A stretch of DNA of 32,000 nucleotides from Candidatus Saccharimonadota bacterium (GTDB lineage: Bacteria; Pseudomonadota; Gammaproteobacteria; Enterobacterales; Enterobacteriaceae): assembly GCF_012562765.1 (NCBI RefSeq), contig NZ_CP046226.1, positions 360,001 through 392,000 on the forward strand, read 5' to 3'. Both the position numbers and the translations under genes were made by a program. How positions within the stretch are numbered: position 1 is the stretch's first letter; each line of letters starts with the position of its first letter. The notes under the pieces are model-generated. The model saw only the letters and a list, made by a program, of their open reading frames with translations. It did no database searches and was not told the DNA's origin. This document shows, piece after piece, positions 12,060 through 20,653 of the stretch.

Positions 12060-12448
12060 TAAAATTGTATTAAACGATCACAAGTTAATATAGATTTAGC
12101 TAATATACTTAAACTTGCTATTTTGAATTTATTTTTTATTAAATCATTACTTAATTGATTTTTTAAAATACTTTTATTATCCATAATAATTCCTCTTTTT
12201 CTTGCAGAAGAAATACAAAAATATAAATTTATATTATATTTATCACTTAAATATTTCCAAGAATTAATTAAATTTAATTTATAATCATCTAATTTAATAT
12301 ATTTATTAGCATTAAATACACCATCACGATAAAAAAAAATATTTTTTATACAATGATTTTCTTTAATTACTGCATTTGTAAAAAAATATGCTGAATATGA
12401 ATTTTGAGTACCATAAGGTGAACCCATTACTAATAATGAAAAGATCAT
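12059..12448 (-). CDS. tusD: Sulfurtransferase TusD (DsrE family)
   Basis: 129 aa. GSPYGTQ, FFYRDGVFNAN and the C-terminal LTCDRLIQF match E. coli TusD (GPAYGTQ, FFYREGVYNAN, LTCDRVVQF). Its stop overlaps the tusC start by 1 nt (TAATG). Confidence 0.9.
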   Translation of the reverse strand: MIFSLLVMGSPYGTQNSYSAYFFTNAVIKENHCIKNIFFYRDGVFNANKYIKLDDYKLNLINSWKYLSDKYNINLYFCISSARKRGIIMDNKSILKNQLSNDLIKNKFKIASLSILAKSILTCDRLIQF

Positions 12449-12501
12449 ATTATTTTAAATAATACCAATAAAAATTAATTAAGTTAATAGCTAGTTTAAT
12501 G

Positions 12502-13341
12502 TTATTTACTTTTATTTTTAATGAAAGAATCTTTAATATCTAATAATTCAATTTCAAATATTAAAGTAGAATTTACAGGAATTCCTGGAATTAAATTATG
12601 TCCATATCCTAAACTAGGAGGTACAATAATTTTAATTTTTCCACCTTTTGTAATATATTGTAGTGCTTCTTTCCATCCAGCAATCATTTCTTGAAAATGA
12701 ATGGATAATGGATTTTTTCTAGAATATGAACTATCAAACATAGTTCCATCAACTAATGTTCCTTTATAATGAACAACTACAATATCATTACTATTACTTT
12801 TTAATTTTCTTTTTCCATATCCTATTTTTTGTATTTGGTATACTAATCCTGTTTTACTTTTTTTTGTATTTTTTTCTTTTAAAAATTTTGCAATATATTT
12901 TTTTCCTATAATACTATTTTTTCTTGCTTCTTCTTTCATTTTATTATTAGCAGAATTTTTTACTTCTAACTCAAAATCTTTAAGAATTAAAATCAATTCT
13001 CTTTCAGTTATTCGAACACTATTATTTATACAATCAATTATTCCTTGAATAACAAATTTTTTATTTAATAAAATATTAACTTTTCGTTGTTCTTGAAAAG
13101 AATGTTGTAAATATTTTCCTATTATAATTCCCATTGCATAAGAATGTTGTTCTTTTTTATTATGAAAATAACCTTTTTTTTTAATATTAAATGGATTAAT
13201 TGATTTATTTATTGTTTCTTTTTTATTATTATTTTTCAATTTAATATTTTTATATACTGATGCTTCAACAGGTAAATTTAAACTTATAGCTAAAATAAAT
13301 ATAATTAAAAATATTGATATTTTTTTAGTAAAAAATTTCAT
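12502..13341 (-). CDS. fkpA: Periplasmic FKBP-type peptidyl-prolyl isomerase
   Basis: 279 aa. It has an N-terminal hydrophobic signal (KKISIFLIIFILAISLNLPVEA) and a C-terminal FKBP domain (VVHYKGTLVDGTMFDSSY...PPSLGYG...LIFEIELLDI). The position next to tusBCD is as in E. coli. Confidence 0.88.
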   Translation of the reverse strand: MKFFTKKISIFLIIFILAISLNLPVEASVYKNIKLKNNNKKETINKSINPFNIKKKGYFHNKKEQHSYAMGIIIGKYLQHSFQEQRKVNILLNKKFVIQGIIDCINNSVRITERELILILKDFELEVKNSANNKMKEEARKNSIIGKKYIAKFLKEKNTKKSKTGLVYQIQKIGYGKRKLKSNSNDIVVVHYKGTLVDGTMFDSSYSRKNPLSIHFQEMIAGWKEALQYITKGGKIKIIVPPSLGYGHNLIPGIPVNSTLIFEIELLDIKDSFIKNKSK

Positions 13342-13477
13342 TTTTTCTCCAACAATATTAAAAATTTTAAAAATTAATTCTGTATAAAATTATAAACTAT
13401 TTTTAAATTTTAGTGAATATAAAAAAATATTTTTTGTATAATAAATTTTATTAATAAAAATTAATTATTTAAAAAAA

Positions 13478-14584
13478 TTAATAATCAAGTAATAATTTTA
13501 ACATTCTTCTTAATGGTTCAGCTGCACCCCAAAGTAATTGATCACCTACAGAAAATGCTGAAAAACAATTTTTATCTATATTCAATTTTTTTATCCTTCC
13601 AATAGGAATATCTAATTTACCACTTACTGCTACTGGAGTTAAATTATTTATAGTATTATTCATATCATTAGGTATAACTTTAACCCATTTATTATGAGAT
13701 TTTATAATATTTTGTATATTATCTAATGATAATTGTTGTTTAAGTTTTATAGTAAAAGATTGACTATGTGATCTTAGAGTTCCTATTCGTACACAAATAC
13801 CATCTATAGGAATAATATTTTTTGTATTTAAAATTTTATTAGTTTCAAATTGACCTTTCCATTCTTCTTTTGTTTGTCCATCATTAACTTTTTTATCTAT
13901 CCATGGAATTAAACTTCCAGCTAATGGAACAGAAAAATATTTTTGTGGAAAGTTATTCTTTTTAATATTTTTAGAAATTTTTTTATCGATATCTAAAATA
14001 TTTGTATAATTTTTTGTAAAATTTGGTATTTCAGATATAAATTTCATTTGTAATAAAAGTTCCCTCATAAAATTTGATCCTGCACCTGATGCAGCTTGAT
14101 ATGTTGAAACAGATAGCCATTCAATTAAATTATCTTGAAATAATCCTCCTAATGCCATTAACATTAAACTAACAGTACAATTACCTCCTACAAAAGTTTT
14201 TATTCCAATATCTATTTTTTTTTTAATAAGATTTAAATTTATAGGATCTAATATAATTACAGAATTTATAGAAGTTCTTAAATAAGATGAAGCATCTATC
14301 CAAAAACCATTCCAACCAATTAAACGTAATTTAGAATATATTTTATTTGTATATTGACTACCTTGACATGTAATAATTATATCTAAAGATGATAATATTT
14401 CAATATCATAAGCATTTTGTAAAATTTTACATTTATTTTGAATATTAAAAGGAATTAATTGTCCAAATTGGGATGTAGTAAAAAATATTGTATTGATATA
14501 ATCAAAATCTTTTTTTTTTATCATTCTTTCTAATAAAACTGATCCAACAATACCTCTCCAACCAATAAATCCTACATTTTTCAT
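13478..14584 (-). CDS. asd: Aspartate-semialdehyde dehydrogenase
   Basis: The 368-aa translation is colinear with E. coli Asd (MKNVGFIGWRG.VGSVL..., GGNCTVSLMLM, YQAASGAG, GDQLLWGAAEPLRRML). Confidence 0.96.
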   Translation of the reverse strand: MKNVGFIGWRGIVGSVLLERMIKKKDFDYINTIFFTTSQFGQLIPFNIQNKCKILQNAYDIEILSSLDIIITCQGSQYTNKIYSKLRLIGWNGFWIDASSYLRTSINSVIILDPINLNLIKKKIDIGIKTFVGGNCTVSLMLMALGGLFQDNLIEWLSVSTYQAASGAGSNFMRELLLQMKFISEIPNFTKNYTNILDIDKKISKNIKKNNFPQKYFSVPLAGSLIPWIDKKVNDGQTKEEWKGQFETNKILNTKNIIPIDGICVRIGTLRSHSQSFTIKLKQQLSLDNIQNIIKSHNKWVKVIPNDMNNTINNLTPVAVSGKLDIPIGRIKKLNIDKNCFSAFSVGDQLLWGAAEPLRRMLKLLLDY

Positions 14585-14611
14585 TGCTAGTGAACCTTAT
14601 AATTTTACTAA

Positions 14612-14640
14612 TTGACATTATTTATATATAATGATATTAA
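14612..14640 (+). promoter_or_regulatory. Candidate sigma70 promoter for the nuclease gene
   Basis: A perfect TTGACA lies at 14612-14617, followed by a 17-nt spacer and TATTAA at 14635-14640, about 50 nt upstream of the ATG. -10-like hexamers are ubiquitous in this composition, so only the -35 is informative. Confidence 0.3.
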
Positions 14641-14693
14641 ATATTTATTTATAAATAATTATTTAATTTAGATTATTATAAAATTACTATAAA

Positions 14694-15215
14694 ATGAACA
14701 TAAAAAAAATTATAGTTTTATTAATTTTTATTTTTTTTAAAATTAATTTAGTTAATGCAACTCATATTGATGTACTATTTACTCCAAATAAAAAAACATT
14801 ACCATTAATAATTAATCTTATTAATAATGCTAAAAATGAAATATTAATAGCTGCCTATACATTTACTAATAAAAATTTAGCATTAGCATTATTAAAAGCA
14901 AGTAATAAAGGAATTAAAATTTATATAATTGTTGATGCTAAAAATAATATTAATCGTTATACTGCAATAAATTATTTAACAAATAAAACTAATAATATTC
15001 ATATTAGAATGAATAATAATTATGTTATTATGCATAATAAATTTATTATTATAGATAAATCTACAGTTGAAACAGGTTCTTTAAATTATTCATCTAACGC
15101 AATAAAACGTAATGCAGAAAATATAATTATAATTTATGATTCTAAAAAAATAGCTGACATATACAACAAACAATTTTTAAAATTATGGAAAGAAAGTACA
15201 ATTAAAATAAGTTAA
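14694..15215 (+). CDS. Secreted or periplasmic single-domain PLD-superfamily (HKD) endonuclease, Nuc-like
   Basis: 173 aa. It has an N-terminal signal-like segment MNIKKIIVLLIFIFFKINLVNA, one HxK(x)4D motif (HNKFIIID), then VETGSLN and NAEN. The mature region aligns by eye along its length with my recollection of Nuc from IncN plasmid pKM101 (...HDKVIIVD..VETGSFNFT...NSEN...). Confidence 0.8.
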   Translation: MNIKKIIVLLIFIFFKINLVNATHIDVLFTPNKKTLPLIINLINNAKNEILIAAYTFTNKNLALALLKASNKGIKIYIIVDAKNNINRYTAINYLTNKTNNIHIRMNNNYVIMHNKFIIIDKSTVETGSLNYSSNAIKRNAENIIIIYDSKKIADIYNKQFLKLWKESTIKIS

Positions 15216-15227
15216 ATAATAATTAAT

Positions 15228-15905
15228 TTATATAAAATTTAAATTCCAATTTATAGGATCATATTTATGATAAATAAGATATTTATTTGTTTTAGAAAAA
15301 TGTTTACAAAATAAAAAACCTTTATTTACAGAAAAAGGTGAAGGATGTGATGTAGTTAAAATGTAATGTTTTTTTTTATTAATAAAATCAATTTTTTTTT
15401 TTGCATTTTTTCCCCATAGTAAAAATACTATATTTTTATAATTATTACTAATAATCTTAATTATATTATTTGTAAATTTCTCCCATCCAATATTACTATG
15501 GGAATTAGCTAATCCTTCTTTAACTGTTAATACTGTATTTAATAACATAATACCTTGTTTAGCCCAATCTAATAAATATCCGTGATTTGGAATTTTAAAA
15601 TTTGGAATATCAAACTTTAATGCTTTATAAATATTTTTTAATGATGCAGGAATTTTAATATTAGGCATTACAGAAAATGCTAAACCATTAGCTTGATTTT
15701 TTTCATAATAAGGATCTTGACCTAATATTACTACTTTTAAATTTTTAAAATTAGTAACTTTAAAAACATAAAATATATTTTTTTTATCTGGATAAATAGT
15801 TATACCAGAAAGAATATCAGCATTAATTTTATTTATTAAATTTATAAAATATAATTTTTGTTTTTCTTTATTTAAAAAATAGTTCCAATTAATATCTTTT
15901 TTCAT
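15228..15905 (-). CDS. ung: Uracil-DNA glycosylase
   Basis: 225 aa. VVILGQDPY, GLAFSV, LLNTVLTV and HPSPFS motifs are colinear with E. coli Ung. Confidence 0.95.
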   Translation of the reverse strand: MKKDINWNYFLNKEKQKLYFINLINKINADILSGITIYPDKKNIFYVFKVTNFKNLKVVILGQDPYYEKNQANGLAFSVMPNIKIPASLKNIYKALKFDIPNFKIPNHGYLLDWAKQGIMLLNTVLTVKEGLANSHSNIGWEKFTNNIIKIISNNYKNIVFLLWGKNAKKKIDFINKKKHYILTTSHPSPFSVNKGFLFCKHFSKTNKYLIYHKYDPINWNLNFI

Positions 15906-16036
15906 TAATATAAAGTTAATAAAATTATTTATAATTATATATTATATTATATAATTATTATATCATTTTTAAATAAATTTAGTTCCTTGTTTTTAAAAAA
16001 AAAATTTAAAAACTATTTATCCATAAGGAGCACAAT

Positions 16037-16405
16037 ATGAAATATTATGAAATAATACTAATTATACATCCAGATGAAAACGATAAAATTGATAATATAA
16101 TAAAATATTATAAAGATATTATTCATGAAAATAAAGGAATTATTTCTAGATTAGAAAATTGGGGAAGAAGACAATTATCATATCCTATTAATAAATTACA
16201 TAAAGCACATTATATTTTAATAAATATAACTATTAGTAATAATTATATTTCTATTTTAGAAAAAAATTTTCGTCTTAATGAATCTATCATAAGATATATA
16301 GTAATTAAAACTAAAAAAGAAATTAAATGTATATCACCTATTTTGAAATTAAAAGATGAACGTTATACAGAACAAAAAGGTAACGATATTATAAAAACTA
16401 TATGA
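16037..16405 (+). CDS. rpsF: 30S ribosomal protein S6
   Basis: 122 aa. MKYYEIILIIHPD...WGRRQLSYPINK.HKAHY matches E. coli S6 (MRHYEIVFMVHPD...WGRRQLAYPINKLHKAHY). AGGAG precedes the start. Confidence 0.94.
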   Translation: MKYYEIILIIHPDENDKIDNIIKYYKDIIHENKGIISRLENWGRRQLSYPINKLHKAHYILINITISNNYISILEKNFRLNESIIRYIVIKTKKEIKCISPILKLKDERYTEQKGNDIIKTI

Positions 16406-16480
16406 TTTATTTTTTTATTTTTAAAAATTATTAATTTAATTATTTAATTTAGTAATATTTTTGTATTAGGAGTAATTAAA

Positions 16481-16708
16481 ATGATACGTTATTTTCGTCG
16501 TCGTAAATTTTGTCGTTTTACATCTGAAGGTATTAAAGAAATTGATTATAAAGATATTAATTTATTAAAAAATTTTATTACTGAAAGTGGTAAAATTGTT
16601 CCTAGTAGAATAACTGGTACTAAAGCTAGATATCAACGACAATTAACTAGAGCAATAAAATTGGCAAGATATTTATCACTAATACCTTATACTGATCATC
16701 ATAAATAA
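16481..16708 (+). CDS. rpsR: 30S ribosomal protein S18
   Basis: 75 aa. RRRKFCRFT...IDYKD...[37 protein letters not shown] is near-identical to E. coli S18. Confidence 0.95.
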   Translation: MIRYFRRRKFCRFTSEGIKEIDYKDINLLKNFITESGKIVPSRITGTKARYQRQLTRAIKLARYLSLIPYTDHHK

Positions 16709-16776
16709 TTAAATGTTTAATAATTATTATGTAACTTATTAAAGTTAATATTATTTATTATATATTGAGGTATATT

Positions 16777-17229
16777 ATGCAAGTAATTTTATTAGATCAA
16801 ATTATAGGATTAGGAAAAAAATCTGAAATTGTTAATGTTAAATCTGGATATGCAAGAAATTTTTTGATACCAAAAAATAAAGGTATTCCAGCTACTAAAG
16901 AAAATATTAATTTATTAAAAAAACAAATTACTAAATTAAAATTAGAATTATTAAACATTTTTAATAAAGCAACATCAAGATCAAAAAATTTTATAAAAAT
17001 AATAGATAAAATTATAATTAAATCTAGATCTAGTAAAGAGGGAAAATTATTTGGCTCTATTGGAAGAAATAATATTTTCAAAGAAATTAAAAATATGGGA
17101 TATGATATTTTAAAAAAAGAAATAATTTTACCAAAAGGAGCATTAAAAATATTAGGTAATCATGAAGTATATTTTAAATTTCATGAAAAAATAATAATAA
17201 AAAAAAATATTCAAATTATTAATTTTTAA
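16777..17229 (+). CDS. rplI: 50S ribosomal protein L9
   Basis: The translation from the ATG at 16777 (MQVILLDQI..LGK....VNVKSGYARNFLIPK) matches the E. coli L9 N-terminus ([33 protein letters not shown]). GAGG lies 6 nt upstream. The ORF-track start at 16765 is a TTG giving a non-homologous 4-aa extension. Confidence 0.92.
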   Translation: MQVILLDQIIGLGKKSEIVNVKSGYARNFLIPKNKGIPATKENINLLKKQITKLKLELLNIFNKATSRSKNFIKIIDKIIIKSRSSKEGKLFGSIGRNNIFKEIKNMGYDILKKEIILPKGALKILGNHEVYFKFHEKIIIKKNIQIINF

Positions 17230-17280
17230 AAATAACTTATATTGACTAAATATTATTTTTATTTTAAAATATTCTTACAT

Positions 17281-17382
17281 AATAACGTAACTATTAAACA
17301 ATATTATTTTTATGAACTCGGTCAGGTCTGGAAAGAAGCAGCCGTAATAAAAATAACATGTGTAAAAAATAGTTACGTTATT
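17281..17382 (+). ncRNA. ffs: Signal recognition particle 4.5S RNA
   Basis: It contains GGTCAGGTCTGGAAAGAAGCAGCC, the conserved domain IV core (E. coli GGUCAGGUCCGGAAGGAAGCAGCC). It is enclosed by a perfect 15-bp terminal inverted repeat, AATAACGTAACTATT (17281-17295) and AATAGTTACGTTATT (17368-17382). Ends are approximate. Confidence 0.85.
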
Positions 17383-17421
17383 CAAATTAATTTCTAAATA
17401 AAGTATTTAAGTTTTAATTAA

Positions 17422-18525
17422 ATGAATAATTATGTATTAGCAAGAAAATGGCGTCCTCAAAAATTTTGTGATGTCATAGGACAAAATCATATAGTTAAAG
17501 CTATTCAATATAGTTTATCTACAAAAAAAATTCATCCTGCATGGATATTTTCTGGTAGTAGAGGTGTGGGAAAAACAACTATAGCTAGAATATTTTCTAT
17601 GGGTTTAAGTTGCTTAAAGGGTATTACAGATAATCCATGTGGATTATGTGAAAATTGTAAAGATATTAAACATAATTCTTTCTTAGATTTAATAGAATTA
17701 GATTCTGCATCTAAAACAAAAGTAGAAGAAATTAGAGATATAATAGATAATATTCAATATAAACCTATAAAAGGTCGTTATAAAATATATATTTTTGATG
17801 AATTTCATATGTTATCAAAACATAGTTTTAATGCTTTATTAAAAATATTAGAAGAACCTCCTAATCATGTAAAATTTATATTTGCAACTACAGAATTACA
17901 AAAAATACCAATTACCATTACTTCACGATGTTTACAATTTCATCTTAAGTTAATAACAAATAAAGAAATATCTCAAAAATTAAAAAATATTTTATATATA
18001 GAAAAATTAAATTATGATGAAAAAATATTACACATATTATCAAATGCTGCTAATGGAAGTATGCGAGATGCTTTAAGTTTAACAGATCAATTAATTTCTA
18101 TGGGAGAACTAACAATTCAAAATTGTTATTTAATGTTAGGATTAATTGAGAAAAAATATTTATTTATATTAATTATAAGTTTAAAAAATAAAAATATTAA
18201 TTCTTCATTAGAAATTATTGATCAAATTGCATCTTTTAATATCAATTGGGATAATATTATTATAGAAATATTATTTTTATTGCATGAATTATTAAAAATT
18301 AAAATGATTAATTTTATAAATAATATTGATCATAAATATGAATTTAATAATTTTCATGAAAATAACAAAAAATATTTAAATATTATTTTAAAAAAATTTT
18401 CTTTAGAAGAAATAAAATTTATGTATAAAACATTTATTTCCGGTAGAAAAAATTTAAATTTTAATCCTAATTATAGAATTGGATTTGAAGTTATTATACT
18501 AAAATTAATATTTTATTTTAATTAA
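17422..18525 (+). CDS. dnaX: DNA polymerase III clamp-loader subunit DnaX. This is a short gamma-like form covering only ATPase domains I-III.
   Basis: 367 aa. The N-terminus ARKWRPQKF.DV.GQ.H, Walker A GSRGVGKTT, the zinc-module cysteines (CGLCENC), DEFHML and SRC motifs are as in E. coli DnaX. The frame ends near the equivalent of the domain III boundary, compared with 643 aa for E. coli tau. Confidence 0.92.
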   Translation: MNNYVLARKWRPQKFCDVIGQNHIVKAIQYSLSTKKIHPAWIFSGSRGVGKTTIARIFSMGLSCLKGITDNPCGLCENCKDIKHNSFLDLIELDSASKTKVEEIRDIIDNIQYKPIKGRYKIYIFDEFHMLSKHSFNALLKILEEPPNHVKFIFATTELQKIPITITSRCLQFHLKLITNKEISQKLKNILYIEKLNYDEKILHILSNAANGSMRDALSLTDQLISMGELTIQNCYLMLGLIEKKYLFILIISLKNKNINSSLEIIDQIASFNINWDNIIIEILFLLHELLKIKMINFINNIDHKYEFNNFHENNKKYLNIILKKFSLEEIKFMYKTFISGRKNLNFNPNYRIGFEVIILKLIFYFN

Positions 18526-18710
18526 ATAAATTAAAAATTTAAATTAAAATATATAAAAAATAATTAGTAGTGCTTATATTTTTAAAAAATTTATTATTAA
18601 TTTAATATATAGTAAAAAACCATTTAGTATAAAATTATTTAGTTTTATGTAAAACAAATATAATATATTAATAATATAAATTAATTTTTATTTATAAGGA
18701 AAATACTATA

Positions 18711-20606
18711 ATGAAAGTACAGGAAACTCGTAATTTTGAATCTGAAGTTAAACAACTTTTACATTTAATGATAAATTCTCTTTATTCTAATAAAGAAATT
18801 TTTCTACGTGAATTAATATCAAATGCTTCTGATGCAGCAGATAAATTAAGATTTAAAGCGTTATCTAATATTAATTTATATGAAAATAATAATGAATTAA
18901 AAGTACAAATTTCTATAGATAAAAAAGAAAAATTAATTATTATTAATGATAATGGTATTGGTATGACTCGTGACGAAGTAATTGAAAATTTAGGTACAAT
19001 TGCTAAGTCAGGAACAAAATCTTTTATAGAATCTTTAAATTTATCTTCTAAAAAATTAGAAAATAATAAACAAACTAATCAATTTATAGGACAATTTGGT
19101 GTTGGATTTTATTCTTCTTTTATAGTTGCAAATAAAGTTTCAGTAAAAACTAGAGCAGCAGGAATATCACCTGATAAAGGAGTTTTCTGGGAATCTACTG
19201 GAGAAAATAATTATACTATTACAGATATTTATAAAAAACTTCGAGGTACTGAAGTTACTTTACATATACGTGATAATAATAATGAATTTCTTGATGTATG
19301 GCGCATTAAAAATATTATTAATAAATATTCAGATCATATATCTTTACCAATAGAAATTCAAACATATAATGAAAAAACTAAGCAATATAATTGGGAACAA
19401 ATTAATAAAGCTCAAGCAATATGGTTACGTAATAAATCAGAAATTAGTGATTCTGAGTATAAAGAATTTTATAAACAATTAACTCATGATACAAATGATC
19501 CTATGACATGGAGTCATAATCATGTTGAAGGAAAACAAGAATACACTAGTTTATTATATATTCCTTCTAATGTTCCATGGGATGTAAGAAACCGTGATTA
19601 TAAAAGTGGAATTAAATTATATGTACAAAGAGTATTTATTATGGATGATGCTGAACAACTTTTACCTAAGTATTTAAGATTTATTAAAGGATTAGTAGAT
19701 TCTAACGATTTACCTTTAAATATTTCAAGAGAAATTTTACAAGATAATAATATTATTCACAATATGAAAAATATGTTAACTAAAAAAGTACTAAACATGT
19801 TAACTAATCTTTCTAAAAAAGAAGATTTATATAATGATTTATGGCAAAAATTTGGATTAATATTAAAAGAAGGCCCTGCAGAAGATTTAAATAATAAAGA
19901 TAAAATTATTAATTTATTACGTTTTTCTTCAACTTATAATAATAATTCTATACAAAATATATCATTAGAATCATATATAAATAGAATGATTAAAGGACAA
20001 AAAAAAATATATTTTTTAACAGCAGATAATTATCTTTCGGCTAAAAGTAGTCCACATTTAGAATTTTTTTCTAACAAAAATATTGAAGTTCTTTTATTAA
20101 CTGATCATATTGATGAATGGATGATGAGTTATATAACTGATTTTAAAGGAAAACCACTTCAATTAATTAGTAAAAAAGATGATTCATTAAATGATTTTAT
20201 TAAAAAAGAAGATGATATAGATAATACTAAAAATATAAAAAAATTAGATGATTTTGTAAAAAAAATTGAAAATTTATTAGGTAATAAAATTAAAAAAGTA
20301 TATTGTACAAATCGTTTAGTTAATATTCCTGCTATTGTTACCACAGATACTAATGAAATGAGTACACAAATGGCTAAATTATTTGCTGCAGCAGGACAAC
20401 AAACTCCAGAAATAAAATATAATTTTGAATTAAATCCAAATCATATTTTAATTAAAAAAGCAATGAATATAAAAGATGAAAAATATTTTTCAGAATTTAT
20501 TAATTTATTATTAGAAGAAGCTATTTTAGCAGAAAAAGGAACATTAGATAATCCTAATACATTTATAAATAGAATTAATTATTTTTTATCTAATGAAAAG
20601 ATATAA
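18711..20606 (+). CDS. htpG: Chaperone HtpG (Hsp90)
   Basis: 631 aa. [43 protein letters not shown] and LNISREILQ motifs are colinear with E. coli HtpG. Confidence 0.96.
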   Translation: MKVQETRNFESEVKQLLHLMINSLYSNKEIFLRELISNASDAADKLRFKALSNINLYENNNELKVQISIDKKEKLIIINDNGIGMTRDEVIENLGTIAKSGTKSFIESLNLSSKKLENNKQTNQFIGQFGVGFYSSFIVANKVSVKTRAAGISPDKGVFWESTGENNYTITDIYKKLRGTEVTLHIRDNNNEFLDVWRIKNIINKYSDHISLPIEIQTYNEKTKQYNWEQINKAQAIWLRNKSEISDSEYKEFYKQLTHDTNDPMTWSHNHVEGKQEYTSLLYIPSNVPWDVRNRDYKSGIKLYVQRVFIMDDAEQLLPKYLRFIKGLVDSNDLPLNISREILQDNNIIHNMKNMLTKKVLNMLTNLSKKEDLYNDLWQKFGLILKEGPAEDLNNKDKIINLLRFSSTYNNNSIQNISLESYINRMIKGQKKIYFLTADNYLSAKSSPHLEFFSNKNIEVLLLTDHIDEWMMSYITDFKGKPLQLISKKDDSLNDFIKKEDDIDNTKNIKKLDDFVKKIENLLGNKIKKVYCTNRLVNIPAIVTTDTNEMSTQMAKLFAAAGQQTPEIKYNFELNPNHILIKKAMNIKDEKYFSEFINLLLEEAILAEKGTLDNPNTFINRINYFLSNEKI

Positions 20607-20616
20607 AAATTTTTTT

Positions 20617-20653
20617 ATAGATAAGATCTAAGTTTTATTTAGATCTTATCTAT
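20617..20653 (+). terminator. Hairpin immediately after the htpG stop, a likely intrinsic terminator
   Basis: A perfect 15-bp inverted repeat, ATAGATAAGATCTAA (20617-20631) and TTAGATCTTATCTAT (20639-20653), has a 7-nt loop and begins 11 nt after the stop. The downstream sequence is T-rich (AAAGATTTTATATTTATTTT) but not a clean U-tract. Confidence 0.55.

Noticed and set aside
16017-16025. DnaA-box-like TTATCCATA (8/9 match) upstream of rpsF, near the minus-to-plus gene-orientation switch at about 14.6-16.0 kb.
   Set aside because: It is a single imperfect box with no cluster and no adjacent AT-rich 13-mers distinguishable from background. The rrn operon further right is on the minus strand, which is inconsistent with an origin here.
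18611-18630. Possible sigma32 heat-shock promoter upstream of htpG (AACCATTTAG resembles the CCCCATNT -10 element).
   Set aside because: No CTTGAAA-like -35 lies at the required 13-15 nt spacing. The match is too short to support a call.
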